Source of the DNA: Balanoglossus misakiensis | Taxonomy: Eukaryota > Animalia > Hemichordata | Length of the DNA stretch: 64,000 nt | Assembly: GCA_040954595.2 (NCBI GenBank) | Contig: CM082585.2 | Span: 10,581,995-10,645,994, forward strand | Direction: 5' to 3' | Shown: piece after piece, positions 37,701 through 52,700 of the stretch | How positions within the stretch are numbered: the stretch's first letter is position 1 | Layout of the letters: the number at the start of each line of letters is the position of its first letter | The notes under the pieces: model-generated | Seen by the model: only the letters and a program-made list of their open reading frames with translations | Database searches by the model: none | Told to the model about the DNA's origin: nothing | Translations under genes and position numbers: made by a program

Positions 37701-40700
37701 CACTACACCTTTACTGATGCTCAGAATGTTCAACCTATTTTCAAGATAATTTATGAGTGTTACAATTGCCGACAAAAGCACAATGAAGTTAAGAGTGTCC
37801 ACATTTAGTGGTGATCTGTATTACTGATATCCTCACAATGTTTAATAATATTATCATCATCCAGAATGTTCGGACGGAAGGACCTTTCCCCTCATGTTAT
37901 CAACAAGTTCCTTTCCTTTTGGAAAGACACAACCATGAAAGTATAAGAGTGACACCAAGTGATCTCAATGTGATTCATTTCTTTACATGATGTTAAATTT
38001 TGCAGCTCCAGTTTCATTCTCTGTGTATGTGCACCACATTTAAACAGTGATCTCCATTGTGTTCTCTTTCATTACTGTCTGCCATCAACCTCAAAGGCCA
38101 GCTGTTTGAGCCTGGCATTTTCTGAGCGAATGTAAGATCTCGACTCAAAACACTATTGCTGGAAGTCAGCAGTAAGAGAACACATCATTGGTTCATTTTG
38201 TGGTATGATGGTGATATTTGCATACTCATCGTGCAATTGATGATATACCATGTGTATTCGGTTATTCGGTTTTACATGGGTTTTTTAGCATATGAAACTT
38301 TATCAACTAGCAAAGTGAAATGGTTAAAAATAGACATGAATGTACCTTGTATGTTGAAAATATTTAGTGTTGTGTAATAAAATGAATGATTGTGCATACA
38401 GCCTCATTTTTCACCCCCCCCCCCCCTCCCCCTGCATTTGTTACTTTGGAATAAACTACAACTTCTCTGGTGTGGGTTAGTCCATTGATGCATGAATGAA
38501 TGGGGGTGGTCATTGGTTCCTATGTCTCCCAAAGTTCAATGACAATGCTTCTTTCTCGAGTACCTACTAAGTAATACCCATTCCAATTTCCATGCATGCT
38601 TTTATGGTTTCATCACAACTACAAACAAGCCAATCCACATCGTAGCTGGCATTGTTAGTTGAGCGCACACACAACACTCAAACAGACATTGCAGGAAAGC
38701 TGCAGCTGGGTTTCTGACAGGCCATTCACCAGACCATCCAGTCACATGCACGTCATGTGACTCTCACGTGACAAAATAACGGCCTATGGAGTGGCAGCTT
38801 TTATTTCTGAATACTTCATCAAGGCCATCTACTATCATGGGACCTTCTTGTTGAACAATGAAACTCATCTGTATATTGACTGTATATTCTGGCACAACTG
38901 TGACTCACTGCACACTCGTTTTGTGGCAATGGCCTTGGACACAATTGGTGGCTGGATCCAAGGTCACATATAGTATAGAGTAAAGAGTAAAGAATATTTA
39001 CGGCATGCAGGAACTTTGTCATAATTTAATATACACATTACGTTCAGCTTCCTTATGTATTAAACAGATCTGATACAGACGTGTTTGGAACACCTCTAGT
39101 TCTGAGGGCAAGCCCCTATTTCCATCGTGACGGCTGTCGTCTGTTAGAAAGACTTGTACCTTTAACAGAACTTCTGACAGAGGTATTTCTTTAAAGGGGT
39201 GGTTAAGTGACGATAGGTGGGAAACCAAGACAGACTTCAGAACTTGGGTACTTAAGATCTGATTTTCTTGTGAAAGGTCAAGCAAGCAACTAGCTGCTTA
39301 AAAAGATGCTGTCAGTGGAATTTTAGCAGAATGGAAAGAAAAAAGATCTTACTTGAGAGACAGCACTTCCTTAGATGAACACTCTCTGTTCTTAGATCAG
39401 CGAAAAGGCAAACTTCAGGAGAGACACACGCAGAAACTCATGCCAACTGAAATCCACTCTAAATTTGTGAACAACTATATTTTAACAAAATCAAAACTCG
39501 CCAGTTTTGTGGTAAAGTGACTCTTTTGTTCAGTACACTGCTTTCCAACTTACTTGTTGCGTGTTGGTTTATTTCTATTGCTTTGGTACGAATTGTAGAT
39601 AAGGTTCTTTGGCCTAACAACATTGGCAACAGGCGTCGACCTCGGCTCACGAAAACTGTAGGAGCTCGATAGCCCTGCCCTAGACTTGCGATTGCTGCCA
39701 GAAAAACCATGCGGGGAAAATAAATCCAAAATAATAAAGAAAAATATAAACAGGAAAGGAAAAATAGCACAACTGCAAAACAATTTTGTTTTACTGCACT
39801 ACAAATAATATAATGTTACTGTTAATGGTTTGTTAATATTGTTATTTATGCAAATTTATGCAGATTTTTACTTTAGATGCAGATTTATGTATGATATGCA
39901 AATGTATGCACACGTTGACATGGAGGAACATGTTAGCAGCAATGGCAGTCATGAACATGAAATGTTATGTGGGTGTACGGACATGACACGGGCGTGAACG
40001 TTAGACTGAAAGATTTGTTGCTAGAGGGTGTTCTCCCGGTCACTTCATTCACAGCTTCAAATCTTTCGGTCAGAATTAATGAATGTGAGCATTGCAATGA
40101 TAACCTTTATACTGTTCCCTGAGAATCGTGGTTTATTAAAAATACTGGGAGAAATACAACGATTTGAAAATTATGCGTATTAACTTTAAGTTTACATTTA
40201 CATTCTATTTTGTAAGTAAAAATATACAACCATTTATAAGTTTTAAAGAATTTTTTTTACCAACATGATTTCGTTTCCAATTCTTTCATGTACTAATTAA
40301 AAAAGAACACAATGGCAAGCTGATATGTTCCAAATACATTTTCATAATCAGTTCCAACTATTGAAAATGTCAAGGTTTTTTAATTTGGCAAAATTTCTCA
40401 CTTCAGCAGTGGGTGAATGTCCATATGACTTGCACTACAGGTTTTACCAAATTCATTGGCTCAATTTGAACTCAACGTTCTCTCATGTCAATAAAGTTGT
40501 TCAGTTTATAGGTGTGTCCATTATGGACATACTCAATGACCTAAAACTCCCAATGTATGACAGCATTTTGGCTGATCTGTGATGGACATGAGATTGTAGC
40601 ACAAGCAGCTGAAGCCAAGACTGTAACCCTCCACCCCCTCCCTGTCAAAGTGGGATCAACCTACCATGGAATTGGAGTGTACCAAAATTACAGGGAGTAA

Positions 40701-43700
40701 GAGGGGTGAGAAGGGTCGACTAGACATGCAAACCTATGACTGCCATCAACACAAAATATTCCTACGGCTAGTTGGATGACCGGGGCTAGTATCACTACCA
40801 GTTAGATACTACTGTAATGAGTTTTATCTGGATTTTATTTTGTGAGTATCCAGACCACATGCATGGTATAAACAACAACAACAACAAAATTAATATACAC
40901 ATCATTTTCTGTATGAGAAGACATGAGACCGTACAACTTTGTGCTATTATTAAGTCAACTGTTCCTGTAGAAACAAAGTGAAAACAAGATAAACATTTGA
41001 GTTCCAACATGACATTTTCCATATATTGAATATGTCTCCATGGTTAAATTGCCATATGCAGAATTTCTTGTTCCTATGGTAATAGTTTCTATGGTTGCAT
41101 CATAATGTATCAGATTTGTCATTCCAGCAGCAATACTATCAATGGTGACATGTCCATATAAGGAATAAACTTTACTGTGATTGGTTGTGAACATTCATAA
41201 TTGTGTCGATCAGAACAGCCACGAAAAAGGCAGTGACTTTTGAAATGAAATTTCAGAAAATCTGTTGATTTCAACAGATAAGTTTTCAGCGTAATGGTCA
41301 CTGTATTTCTGGACGGAGAAGACTTCTTAGCAAATCCTGGCCACATTCTCGGCTCCATCTTCCAAATCTTGCTGACAGTTCACCATTTGGACTGTCTAGG
41401 GCTGTAAATTATAGGCAAAGCAGTGGATCTGGCAGTTAAATTTATTTCTTCAAACTTTTTCTGATAAATTCTACTTTGGTTTTGGACTCATTTGCTGTTA
41501 CTGGCTTTGCAGTTGCTTTGGTTTTGGAAAAGTTAAGAATTTAAAGGACAGAAGCTGCAAATTTTAATATTTTTTCCGTAATTTGATATTTCTTCTGCAG
41601 GTAAAACACACCATGCACATGTGGCAATATGAAGCACCAACAGACGCGGAGGACATATTTTTCTACGAAAATCATAATCCTTGCTGAGTGTGCTGCTTGC
41701 ATGCAAAGCTGGGTATTCATGCAAATCAAAAACTACGAAAAAAAGATACAGGCGCCAAAAGGAATTTTGCATTAAAAGAAAGACTGAAAAAAAATAAGTT
41801 GACAGAAGCGGTGCAGCACACAAGCAGGATTGGAACAACTGCAAAGCCAGAACGTGTCGTATTTTACTAAGTTTTTTCTTTTCAGTGCGTTAGTCAGAGA
41901 TACCACCACCACTTTGTCCATAGTGAACACCCCTATACAGCTAAAATGGTTCAGAACCAACAAAACATGTCTTTCCAAATGATGACCTCTGAATGAAAGA
42001 AGCGTTGAGATTGGCCAAAGAGCTTCTAGTTATTAGCTTGTTATTAATACCATTTTGCGACTTCTACAGAAACCAAGTGGTTTCAATTCCTTCTTGTGAG
42101 AAACTTGGAAAGACACAACTCGTCAGATTCTGGACAGTACCTGGGATCTACCTCTTTGTACATCCCTACAGACTAATGGTACAGCCAACTGGGATAACAG
42201 CTGGACCATCCTACTGCATTTATTTAGGGGTGCTAGAGCCAGATGGGAGGGGGGTGTCTTACCTGTCAATAACGGGACCTTTCCTCATATTGTCATTGAA
42301 AGAATTTGAAGAGGTTAAAGGCCTCCTGTTGAGAAAATAACAAAATTATTTAACAACTGCAACTTCTCCCGAAATACTTCTAATTCAAGAGAATAGTATA
42401 GCACTACTTTTTCATTTATGAATTCCTTACCTATTTCTGTCTCGAAGTGCCATCTGTTCTTGTAATATTCTCTCCTGGTTCTGTTGGATCATTTTGGCGG
42501 CCCTTCTCCGTTCTTCCCTCTCTCGTTCCTCTTCCTCTTGCAGTCGTAACTTTTCATCCTCTGCTTTCCATCCTGATGTCTGCTTCTCAAGCTCCTGCAC
42601 AAAAAATTCAAATGTTTTCCCCAAAATCAAAGATACAGCTCAGTTTTCTACCTATTAAAGGTAGCCAGAATTACATTTGACGCCACACAATGCTGCGAAA
42701 AATGACAACAATACAAACAGAAATAAAAATATGAAACCCCTAAAATGTATACCTCGTTGACAACTTTGAAAACAGGTAGGTTTTTTGTGCATGATGACTT
42801 CTGTGTACTTTGTATGTTGGGATCCGGACTAGTATAGTTTTTATGTTAAAATGACATCTACATGTACTTGATAGTAATATTGTCTATGTCAAAAAGTTTT
42901 CATGTTAGAATAACATCTACCAGTACATGTACTTAGTAGTTATGTTGTCTATGTCAGAGTTTTGGTGACTACCTTTAAAGTAAGTCTTGTAACTACATTC
43001 TTTCCTGGGCATGTGTTCTGGGTTTTGATGTCTCTGGTTGTTATTGTATTTTTTGGTGTACACATGAGTGTTTGGGTTTAACTTGAGAGGAAAATGAGTT
43101 CCCATTAAATGTGCGGTGAATTTTACATTTATTTGGTAATAGTTTGTTAGAGCTGTACTGTGCTTGTGCAAAAGTGTGTCTATTACCGAAGTAAGATGAT
43201 ATCCGATGATGTTAAATTATGACGATGGATTTTTTACAAAGCAATAAAGACCATAAAATTCAAGACAAGTTTGTGACAATATATACTGTACATGCCTACA
43301 CACATAAACAAGCAACAAACATAAACAAAACACATTAAATATGGACTAAGTCCAACACTACAGAAGATGTTTCTGTTTGTGTTGATTTTCGTTTCAGATT
43401 CAGATTCAGATTCAGATTGGATTAGGTTTCAGATTTCATTGGTTCTTAATCAAGAAAGGACATGAGCAAATCCAAGAGATGAAAACAAATTCTACACCTA
43501 AAAAAGACGACAGAAAGCGAGACACCTGCGAGAAACATACGCACAAACATTTCAAGACAAACAGCAATGATTAGTGAACATAGAATACACGTGCAAAGTA
43601 CCTCGAAAATTCCCCGAGCAAATTCATCAGGAGTTTTGGATTCAAAGTCTCGTTCCCCAAGTAAGCCTTCCCCATTATCAATATATTCAATGTGATTTTG

Positions 43701-46700
43701 ATGCGCTTCTTGTTTGGCCCTCTCAGAGATCTGACGTCTCAATTCCTTTTCCCGTTCATGTCGGAGCTCTTTCTGTTGAGACGCCCGTTCCGCTAAAATT
43801 CTCGCTTCGTCTTCTTCGTTTGAGGGCTGCAATTATACGATAGAAAGTGAAAAACCTGCCATCACTTCACAGAGAAATTTTAGATTTTTTCTTCGTTTCA
43901 TGCCCAAAACTAGTCGTCTTTAAAAATTATGTTTAGTTCTGTTTTAGTTCTGTTGTTATTCACAACAAATATTAAAATTTTCATTTTCAAATCTAGAAAA
44001 CTACCACCCATTATTTTTTTATTTTTGCCAACAGGTGCTAAAATTTTCAGTTTTTTGTGTTTGCTCTTTCTTTCATCCAAAAGGTCGGATGGAAAAGTAA
44101 GATAAGAGGAGGAGCCAATTGGGGTGCAGGGTTGCGCTATTCATGCACCCAGCCCAGCCAATAGCAAGTGACCATTTCAGGGTTAAAGGTCGGAGAAATG
44201 TGATGCATATGCATACACACACACATAGGAGAATTTAACACAGGAAAGCAAATTCATGTGAAACGGGAATTATCCAGACATGGTTTAAGGATGTTAGGTA
44301 GTCACTGAACATCAAGCACTGAACAAGTTAGAATGTTAGTGTTCTGTTGATCTGAAAAGAGAACAATGGTTTAATGGGGAGAAAGATGGGGCTGAGGATT
44401 TCATTTTGTCTGTTGATTTGACACTGTATATACTGGACTCATGCATGATGTATGGTGCATTATGTTTGTGTCACAGTGTCTGCTACTATGTGTGGCTGTC
44501 CTAGCCTCACTATGTCTGCTGTCCTGTGTGTGCATCTTACCTCAGAGGCTGACCACCTCTTGTCGCCATTTGCCGTGAAGTATCCCGAGTCGGAAATTAT
44601 GTGTCTCCTCAGCTCTCCCGGCGGCGGATTGTGAAATCCGTACTCTTCCGGCATGTTCCCACTGGGTGTGGCGGAAACAGAAGAAATATTTCGTCAAAGG
44701 AACGAGACAGATCACATACTCTTGGTTTGTAGATATTTTTATACAATTTAAACACTGAGTTCAGTGCTCTAAAGGTGATGCTTTTTTTCACATAGCTCAG
44801 AAAAATCAACTGAGTTTGAAACATATTCAGAATATGGTAATACTGGCAAAACTCAAACTGTGTATTCAAATTGTCCCATTATACTTTCTTTGGTAATTTG
44901 GTACTACAGGTCTTATACTAGAATTATTAATAACAGGATGTCAAGATAACTTAATGAAGATGTGTGAACTGAAGTCAACCATCATACTATGGAGGAAGAA
45001 TCACCAAGTTAATAAAAAATTGACAGAATGACACAGAACTGTTGGCATACCCCCACACCACACACATACATGAACATGCAGATATGCATAGACACAGGCA
45101 CACATATACATGTACATTGCACTATGTACTGTCATACCGATACAGACACTTCTATACCAAAGGACGCCCATGAAAACTTCTAACACCAAACATGATATCG
45201 AGACAGCTTTCATCATTTCAGGCAAAATGTGGACCATACATCATTTTGTGTGTGTGTGTGACGGATTTCCTGTAAACTTAAATGCAGGAATGCTACATGA
45301 GACTGTCATCGCATCAAATCCCATTACTCACAACATCTAATCAGCTGCGTAGATTTGACAGACAACAATCTAATGCCTCCCTGCTGTTGGTTTATTTCAC
45401 TTAAAATCTTAGAAGTCTTGCGACATTCGGGAGGGTCGGGAGCCTGGATTGCTTTCCAAATAACAGAACTGACAAAACACATAGACAAAAATTATGCCAA
45501 GACATAAGATTACCAAGCTGACAACACGCAAACCACAAGAAAAGCTGGTTTGTAGCAATGTATTAGTATGCAAGCAAACAGAATATATCACCAGCACGGC
45601 AGTAGCATAAGCATGCATAGTAACTGCAGCGGTCCACTCCCATTCCACAAGCAATTGTAACTAAAGTTACGTTTTTAACAAAAAAATTAGCCGACAGCTA
45701 AAAAAAAAAAGTTTGTCAAAAACAGCCATCGTACCTAGGCGGAGTGGACGGCGACATCAGACCTTTTGTAAAATGCGCTGACAGCGTAGCAGGTCTTAAA
45801 ACGATTGAATGCCGGGAAGGGAGGATATATTGCCCTTCTTGCATTTCAGGCGGAAGCTTTTCGCTTGTCGGCGACGTTAAGAATCGCGGCAGTAGTGGCA
45901 TAGATGGTGGTAGATGTGTTACCATGTTAGTGTTTGGATGTGTTGGGCTGGTCTTTGAGGTGAACCATGCCGCTCTGTATGAGAAAGCCAGAGTTAATTA
46001 ATGCCTCTTTGTGTATGTTACCACAATGAGTGAACAGAATAAGAGTATGAAATTTCTGAAAGTAAATTACAAAGAAATTTATGACACTGCATTGGATGAA
46101 ACTTGACAGAATAATATGAAAACAGGAGACAGGAATATACACAGAGATTTGAAAATGACTTTGACATGATTATATCTTTCATGAGAGGATTTGATCATGT
46201 GTTTCTTTAACTTTGAGTAGGTTAGTGTCTGGTTTGGATGGAATGGGTTGTGACATGCGCTGGGTGAGGTTGAGTGAGGTTTGGTAGATTTGACTTGGTT
46301 ACACTGGATTGGGGAGGGCTTGGTTGTTTGGGTTATATTGGCTGGATGAAGCCAAAAGGGGTTGTGATTGGGTTGGACTGGATTTAAGTGAGCCAGGCTG
46401 AGTCACATTGGGTTGAGCTGAGATGGGTCTAAACTATAATTTGAGGGATTTCGGGGTGGACAGGGTAGTGAGGGGGGGGGGGGGGAATTATGAAACAAGG
46501 GTCTGCTCAATATAAATTCATACATGCAGTTTAATAATTTTCATACCAAACAACACTGATTTTTAAATAATTTTTCATGCCACAGACTCGTACAATTACC
46601 ACAAATACTCACAAAACACCACATTATTTGACCTGAGACAAAAATGCACAAACACTGAACACAGTCAAGTTACTCTGGGGCACTCAATTCCATACCTGTT

Positions 46701-49700
46701 TTGCAGTGACCTGCGATATCTGATTTTCATGTCTTGTTGTTCAAGAATTCCCCGTTTCTTGTCGTCTTTGGCTGCCTGCTGACTGAGGTATTTGAAGATG
46801 TGACCCCTGCCTCGTTGACACACCTGCAGAAAAAGTAGCTTACAATTTCACAAAGTTTATTCAGATCATTTCCTTTATGGCTATCTTTGAAACATTAAAG
46901 GAAAACTCCCATGAGCTTGAAAGAAATCCGTGATTTTGGTTCAATTTATATAATAGCTATGTAACTTTGAATTTGGCAAAACAAAATCCAAAACATCCAA
47001 ATTTTATCTCGGGGCTGACCCTAGGGTGAAAGGTCAAGAGGTCAACAAACTCACCTGTGGTGGTGGTATGGAAAGGGGATTGTTGTCTAGTACCATGACT
47101 TCTAACGTTGTTAGCTGTCTGTACGATGGTGGTATCGTTGTGATTTTATTGCAGGAAACATCTAGATGCACTAACGGTGTTTTGTGAAGGTCTGCTCAAA
47201 CAAAAGTACACAAGAGTTTAGAAAAAAGGAAAACGAGACTCTCAGAGCAAAAATTATTAGGAAGAAAAAATAAAGTCAATCATCCACTAAGCTCTAGAGT
47301 TCAAGAGGGCCCTCTAGAGGCCGCTACTCAACTGACAATGACGACTTTGTGTCGACCACAGATGATGGGAGACATACGGTACACTCACCTTCCGGTAATG
47401 TTACTAGGTGATTTTTACGGACATTAAGACATCTAAGTTTTTTCAAATCTGATATTTGATTCGGTAATGCATTGATTTCATTGCAACTAACATCCTGCAA
47501 AACAAAAACAGAAAATAAAATGAAAAGAGCTGTCTTGGTGATAAAGATGTCTTAATCAAACAGATCCCACTATTCTGTACACAGTCCTAGATTCACGATA
47601 CTTTCACATTTTGTCTTATCAGTTTCAATAAATGAGGGTACATGTACCTACAGATACAGACGTCAGCCCGTTTATATAAATATCTAAATATAACTGTGAT
47701 TCACTGATGCAGACAAATATTACATACAGTAGATCAACTTACCACATCCATAAGCTCCTCTAGTTTTCCTATTTCTTCTGGTAATGAAACTAATTTATTA
47801 TTGCTAACTATGAGGACTTGTAACACGCTCAGCTGACACAGGTAAATTGGTAAGTTTGTTAATTGATTTCGACTGGAAAGAAAATGTAAAACATGCACAT
47901 TTATGACTGATAACTAAGATGGCATACACAGAAAATTCTCATAATTTTGTTGCTGGTTTGTGAAAATAGCAACATGAAAACATGTTTACATGTGGAAATG
48001 TCACATTTGGAATTCTTTAATGCTATTCTTAGTTCTGTGACTAATCAACAGGCACATATTTCTGACGTGCGGTCATTGACATTTGAACAGTGTCTAAAGC
48101 GCCATCTACAGTTCAGATAAGGAAATAAGCCATCATGTGTATTGACTGATGGCAACAAATGAAGATCGCAATATGTCAAATTTTTAATCCATTTTTCAAT
48201 TATTTGACTATGGATGGCTGAAAAGGGACAACGCTCACCTTAAATTAAGATAAACTAATGTTTTGAATTTTATAATTTCTTCAGGTATACTTTTAATAAC
48301 ATTGTTGTAACAGTTGATTTTCTCCAACCATATGCAATCACACACTTCCCTCGGTACTTCGCTAAGTCTGTTTTTTGATAAATCTGGAAAAGATAAAAGA
48401 GAAAACACAAAACATTTACCATGGTGGAAATACAATATAGCAAATCCTCTTTTAGACAACATTTCATTTATTTCAACCTCATATCCCTTGCAAGTGTCTC
48501 CAGTCACAGAACTGAAAACATGTCAGCTGGACTCAAATCTGTTGGTCTCCGGTGGACTGCCATTTGGCAATTCCTGAGACAGTGACCCAATTTCAGACGG
48601 GCCGCCTAGGGTGAAATGTCTGCCTACAATTCATCCCAGCTGATGCACACCATGGTGACATCACCGGGCCGCATGTTGCTAGGCAACATCCAAAGCTGTC
48701 ACCAGAGAATGACCTTTGTTCTCAATGTAGACGGCCTTCAAAAAAAAGTCACTTTGAGAGGCCGACAAACAAAAACGAAGGTAACATGAACATTGACCTG
48801 TCTCACACAGCACAAAAAAACTCAAAAAGATTTGTCACTCCCCTGCCATTTCGATTTAAAATAATTAAATGTTATTTTTACTTCCACTTCAGTGATTATC
48901 CTGCTTATCAGCATAAAAAAATGTTTACTCAGGTCCAGGTGAACCAACATGACACCATTTCGCGTGAAATTTAAAAAAACCAGCCTGCAAAAAGGTGACC
49001 TCCAGTTCACTGCATGACAATCAGTGTGCTATTTTACCCTTCAAGGAAAATTAAATCTTCCAATAGACTACACTAACACAAAAAATATTGATTTACTGCA
49101 TTTCGCAGGAATGGGGTTGAAGTAAAAGTAAAATCAATACCATTACAAATATGTGTTTCTAATTATCTTGTAGCCATTTTCTTTACAATTTCACAGGCAT
49201 ATTTAAAAGCCATTATTGTATTACATCCTACAGTCAATAACATGAATACACCTGTGACCAAAATGCATATTTCTCATTAATTATTACAATAATTTATTCT
49301 TAACCTTATTTAATATTCAAAAAATGATAGCTAAATATTAAAATTTATTCCTAACATTATTTAATTTTCAATAAATAACGACCTCTACTCCAGCTAGTGA
49401 CATGTACATGTTTTTCATTTAAAACAAATGCAAAATTTATGAAAAATGATATGTTTGAGTTAATACAAAACTGGGATATTACTACAAAAACAATCAAAAA
49501 AGTCCCCCATTGACTTGGATGTTGATGTACTGCAAAACTCGCATCTTGAAACAAACAAGCAAAATTTGCCCTGGGCATGGCGTACACACTTCTGAAAGAC
49601 ATTCCTAATTACGCAGAGTGCCCACCAGGCATCAGACCAGCATTTGATTGAATTGAAATAGGAGCCTAGGCAACATGCTTGACTTTTCAGAAATCAATCT

Positions 49701-52700
49701 AACCATGCGAGGTTTCTCTCTTAACGGTAAAAGTCAAGCGGTTGTCGTTTTATTTTTAGAAACTTTCAATGAAAGAGCTAGATTAGTTGTCTGTGTACTG
49801 GCAGACATGCGAACTTTTAGGATGCTCAATACAAGGTTACTTTACAGCATGGATTCCAAGCATTGTGATGATGCATCTTTGAGTTTGTGTCAGCAGAGAT
49901 TACTGAGATGACAAAGATTTATGTGTGGATACTGATGACATGGGTGTAATCTAATATCTAGTGGCTTGAGAGAGTGACAAAGGCTGATGATGCTTTCTGT
50001 TTGAGTAGATGTCTAAGTTTTATTTATAATGATTCAGGGTTTAATAAGTGAAGTTAGTGTAAGTCAAAACAAACCATTTACTAAACACACACAGTATAGG
50101 GAAACTGGGGAAAGAAAGAGACTGCAGACACACCATAGCAGATGATATACTGAATCTGATTCTGAATCTGACTTGGATGACTGATGCAGTCAGAATGTGA
50201 ATGATGCAGAGCAATAGAATGTTGATCATGACATCACGAAACATGACAGAGCCTAGATCGCCGAGGTTGTGAATTCCATCAGGTCTGCAGACATCAACGA
50301 TCCATCAAAATGACTGATCTGGTAGCCGTTCATTTTTATCACTCAACAGAGTTTTATGACTGGCAAAATACCAGTACAGTGAACCATGGCTTGAGAAGTC
50401 GAACGGAATCCACCAATTCATCAGATCTAGACAGACATCCATGGCTGACAAGAGGACAGTGCAATGGCAGGACTCACTCACAGCTGGAGTGCTAATCTAA
50501 ACCACAACAAACAAACTTAAAACCCCAAAACACACCCAAGGGTATGGCTGATAATTACTGGTCCCAACCCTGATTTCACATGATACCTTTGCCTACAGGC
50601 CCTCGAGTGAAGTTACTAATAATTCACTACACCAAACATAACTTGATTAAGTCTAGGAGTTTCTCACAGGTCAAAATGAACACGAAAATATCCCCCCCCC
50701 CTCCAAAAGATGGTCTAAAACATGTCCAGAAACCACAAAACATGACACCCATTTGACTTGCAACCCTCGCTCAATATTGTCTAAATTTACACACATCATC
50801 CATTTAGATCCATTAGCTCGTGCTCACACATGATTAGATTGTGTCAATGATTCAATTACTTCTGATGACATTTTTAAATGACAATATTCAATTCCACTTA
50901 CAGGGTAAGAGGTTCAGCCAATTACTTTTCTAGGATACGTACAACACAACCCTTCAAGTTTCATGATACTCTCTGAAGGATTCATTGCTTTGGAGGAGGT
51001 GGGGGGGGGGGGGTTCAGTCTATACCTGACTCTCTGAAGTAAGCTATATATCACAGTGCACGGTTTAGCATTGCGGAGGTCATTGACCTGAACGTCCTGG
51101 AATTCGGTGAAAGTACGCTCAAATTATTCCCATCTTGACAACCCCGGGAGGGACTATAATAATTATTCAAATTCCTACACACAGAAGTACAATGTACTTC
51201 CATAAACTTACGCCTTCTAAATATTCAATGCAGCCCTACCTTCTTGTCAAAAATCTAATTCTCTAAAGTCTAAATCCATCAACAGTAAGATGAACGTCTG
51301 TGCATAGACACCTGAGTTGACAGTTTGAAATAAACAGTCACAAATAAACACAACAGGACACAGCTGATTGCAAATACATTACAATCCAACAGAAAGTGAT
51401 ATGACTACAGGTTCCGCCAATCAGAGAGCTCCATTGCCTGAGTACTTTCTACGCTTCCCATAATCTCATGTCTGGATTCTGTGTGGCATCAACAACCGCT
51501 TATCGCTAATCGGATTAGCCGCAAAGTCAATTACATAACACCGGCACTTTACTCCACATTGGTCCATTCAAGAACCTTTGATTGGAACGAAGCATTCGAT
51601 ATTAAGCACCTATGGAATGCCGCACATCAATATAGTCGAAAACGGACAAAAAGGCCGACAATAACAGACAAAGGGCTGAGACTTGTGTGTTTATGGTGTG
51701 AACATTGGGAGTTTCCCCTTCCCAGGTTGTACAAGAATCCCCTCTCTCTACCCAACATTAGCCATTGTTACAACAAAACAGGGTGTTCGTTTCTTACTGT
51801 TTATGTTTTTGTGGGAACAGCATGTGAATCGACCCACTGGCTGAGTGCTATATGAACGAAGGTGTAACATGTGACATATGACAAGCTGTGAGGGTAAAAG
51901 CTCTCTGGTGAAAGGTCTTTGCCCCTACACACTGACCATAGATATTTGTGGTACAGAATCTTTACAGGCTGCGTTTTCCCAGCTGTTTTTAGGAGATCAA
52001 ATTTTGCCGACTTGCTGTATTAATTGAAGCACTGCCTTGCACAAGCTGAGAGTCTGTTGGTGTGGATTTATTTTACAATTTTGTCATGTTTTTATCAGTA
52101 TATATAGTTCTCAGAGCAACTCAGATATCATGTAGACAAATGAAAACTAGGGTTAGGGATTTTGGAGGTGAGATTTCAACGATTGTCAAATAACAATGCA
52201 CTCGTACTCTAGTGCACGTATAGTTACAATGCGTAGGCGAACAGTTAAAGTTTAACCATAGCCACAGGTTTCAATGTTTTGGAGGCTTAATCACATGATT
52301 ACTTTTCCAAAATTACTTCTTACATTTGAAACCCATCTTGAATCATGAAACTGATACTGACAAGTCAGGATACTGGAAATTTGAAACCATACAATACAAG
52401 CAATAAGCATCCCGACCTCAAATGACTTGTGACCTCAGATGACCATTGACCTAGAGGTCAAATTCTTCCAACTATGTGGAGTACAGACGCTGTGTAAGTC
52501 ATTCTGTTAACACGGATGTGTATTTTTATAACAGAATTTTATAATATGGTCTTATCCTTGAAATTCCGATTACTGGTAACCAATGCAGGCATCATTATGC
52601 AGATATGAAAGCAACCCAAGGCACTGAAACCGTCCCGAAACATTAATAAAAATGCAAAAGTTTCACAGCTACAAATATTCCTGTAAACATCAGTGTCTGC

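Noticed and set aside
39019-39285. 88-aa minus-strand ORF between LRCH exons
   Set aside because: I could not join it in phase with the flanking exons. It was left as intronic.
40795-41600. Possible additional LRCH exon or alternative terminal exon
   Set aside because: The candidate acceptors lead to stop codons in the required phase-2 frame, and there is no recognisable homology.
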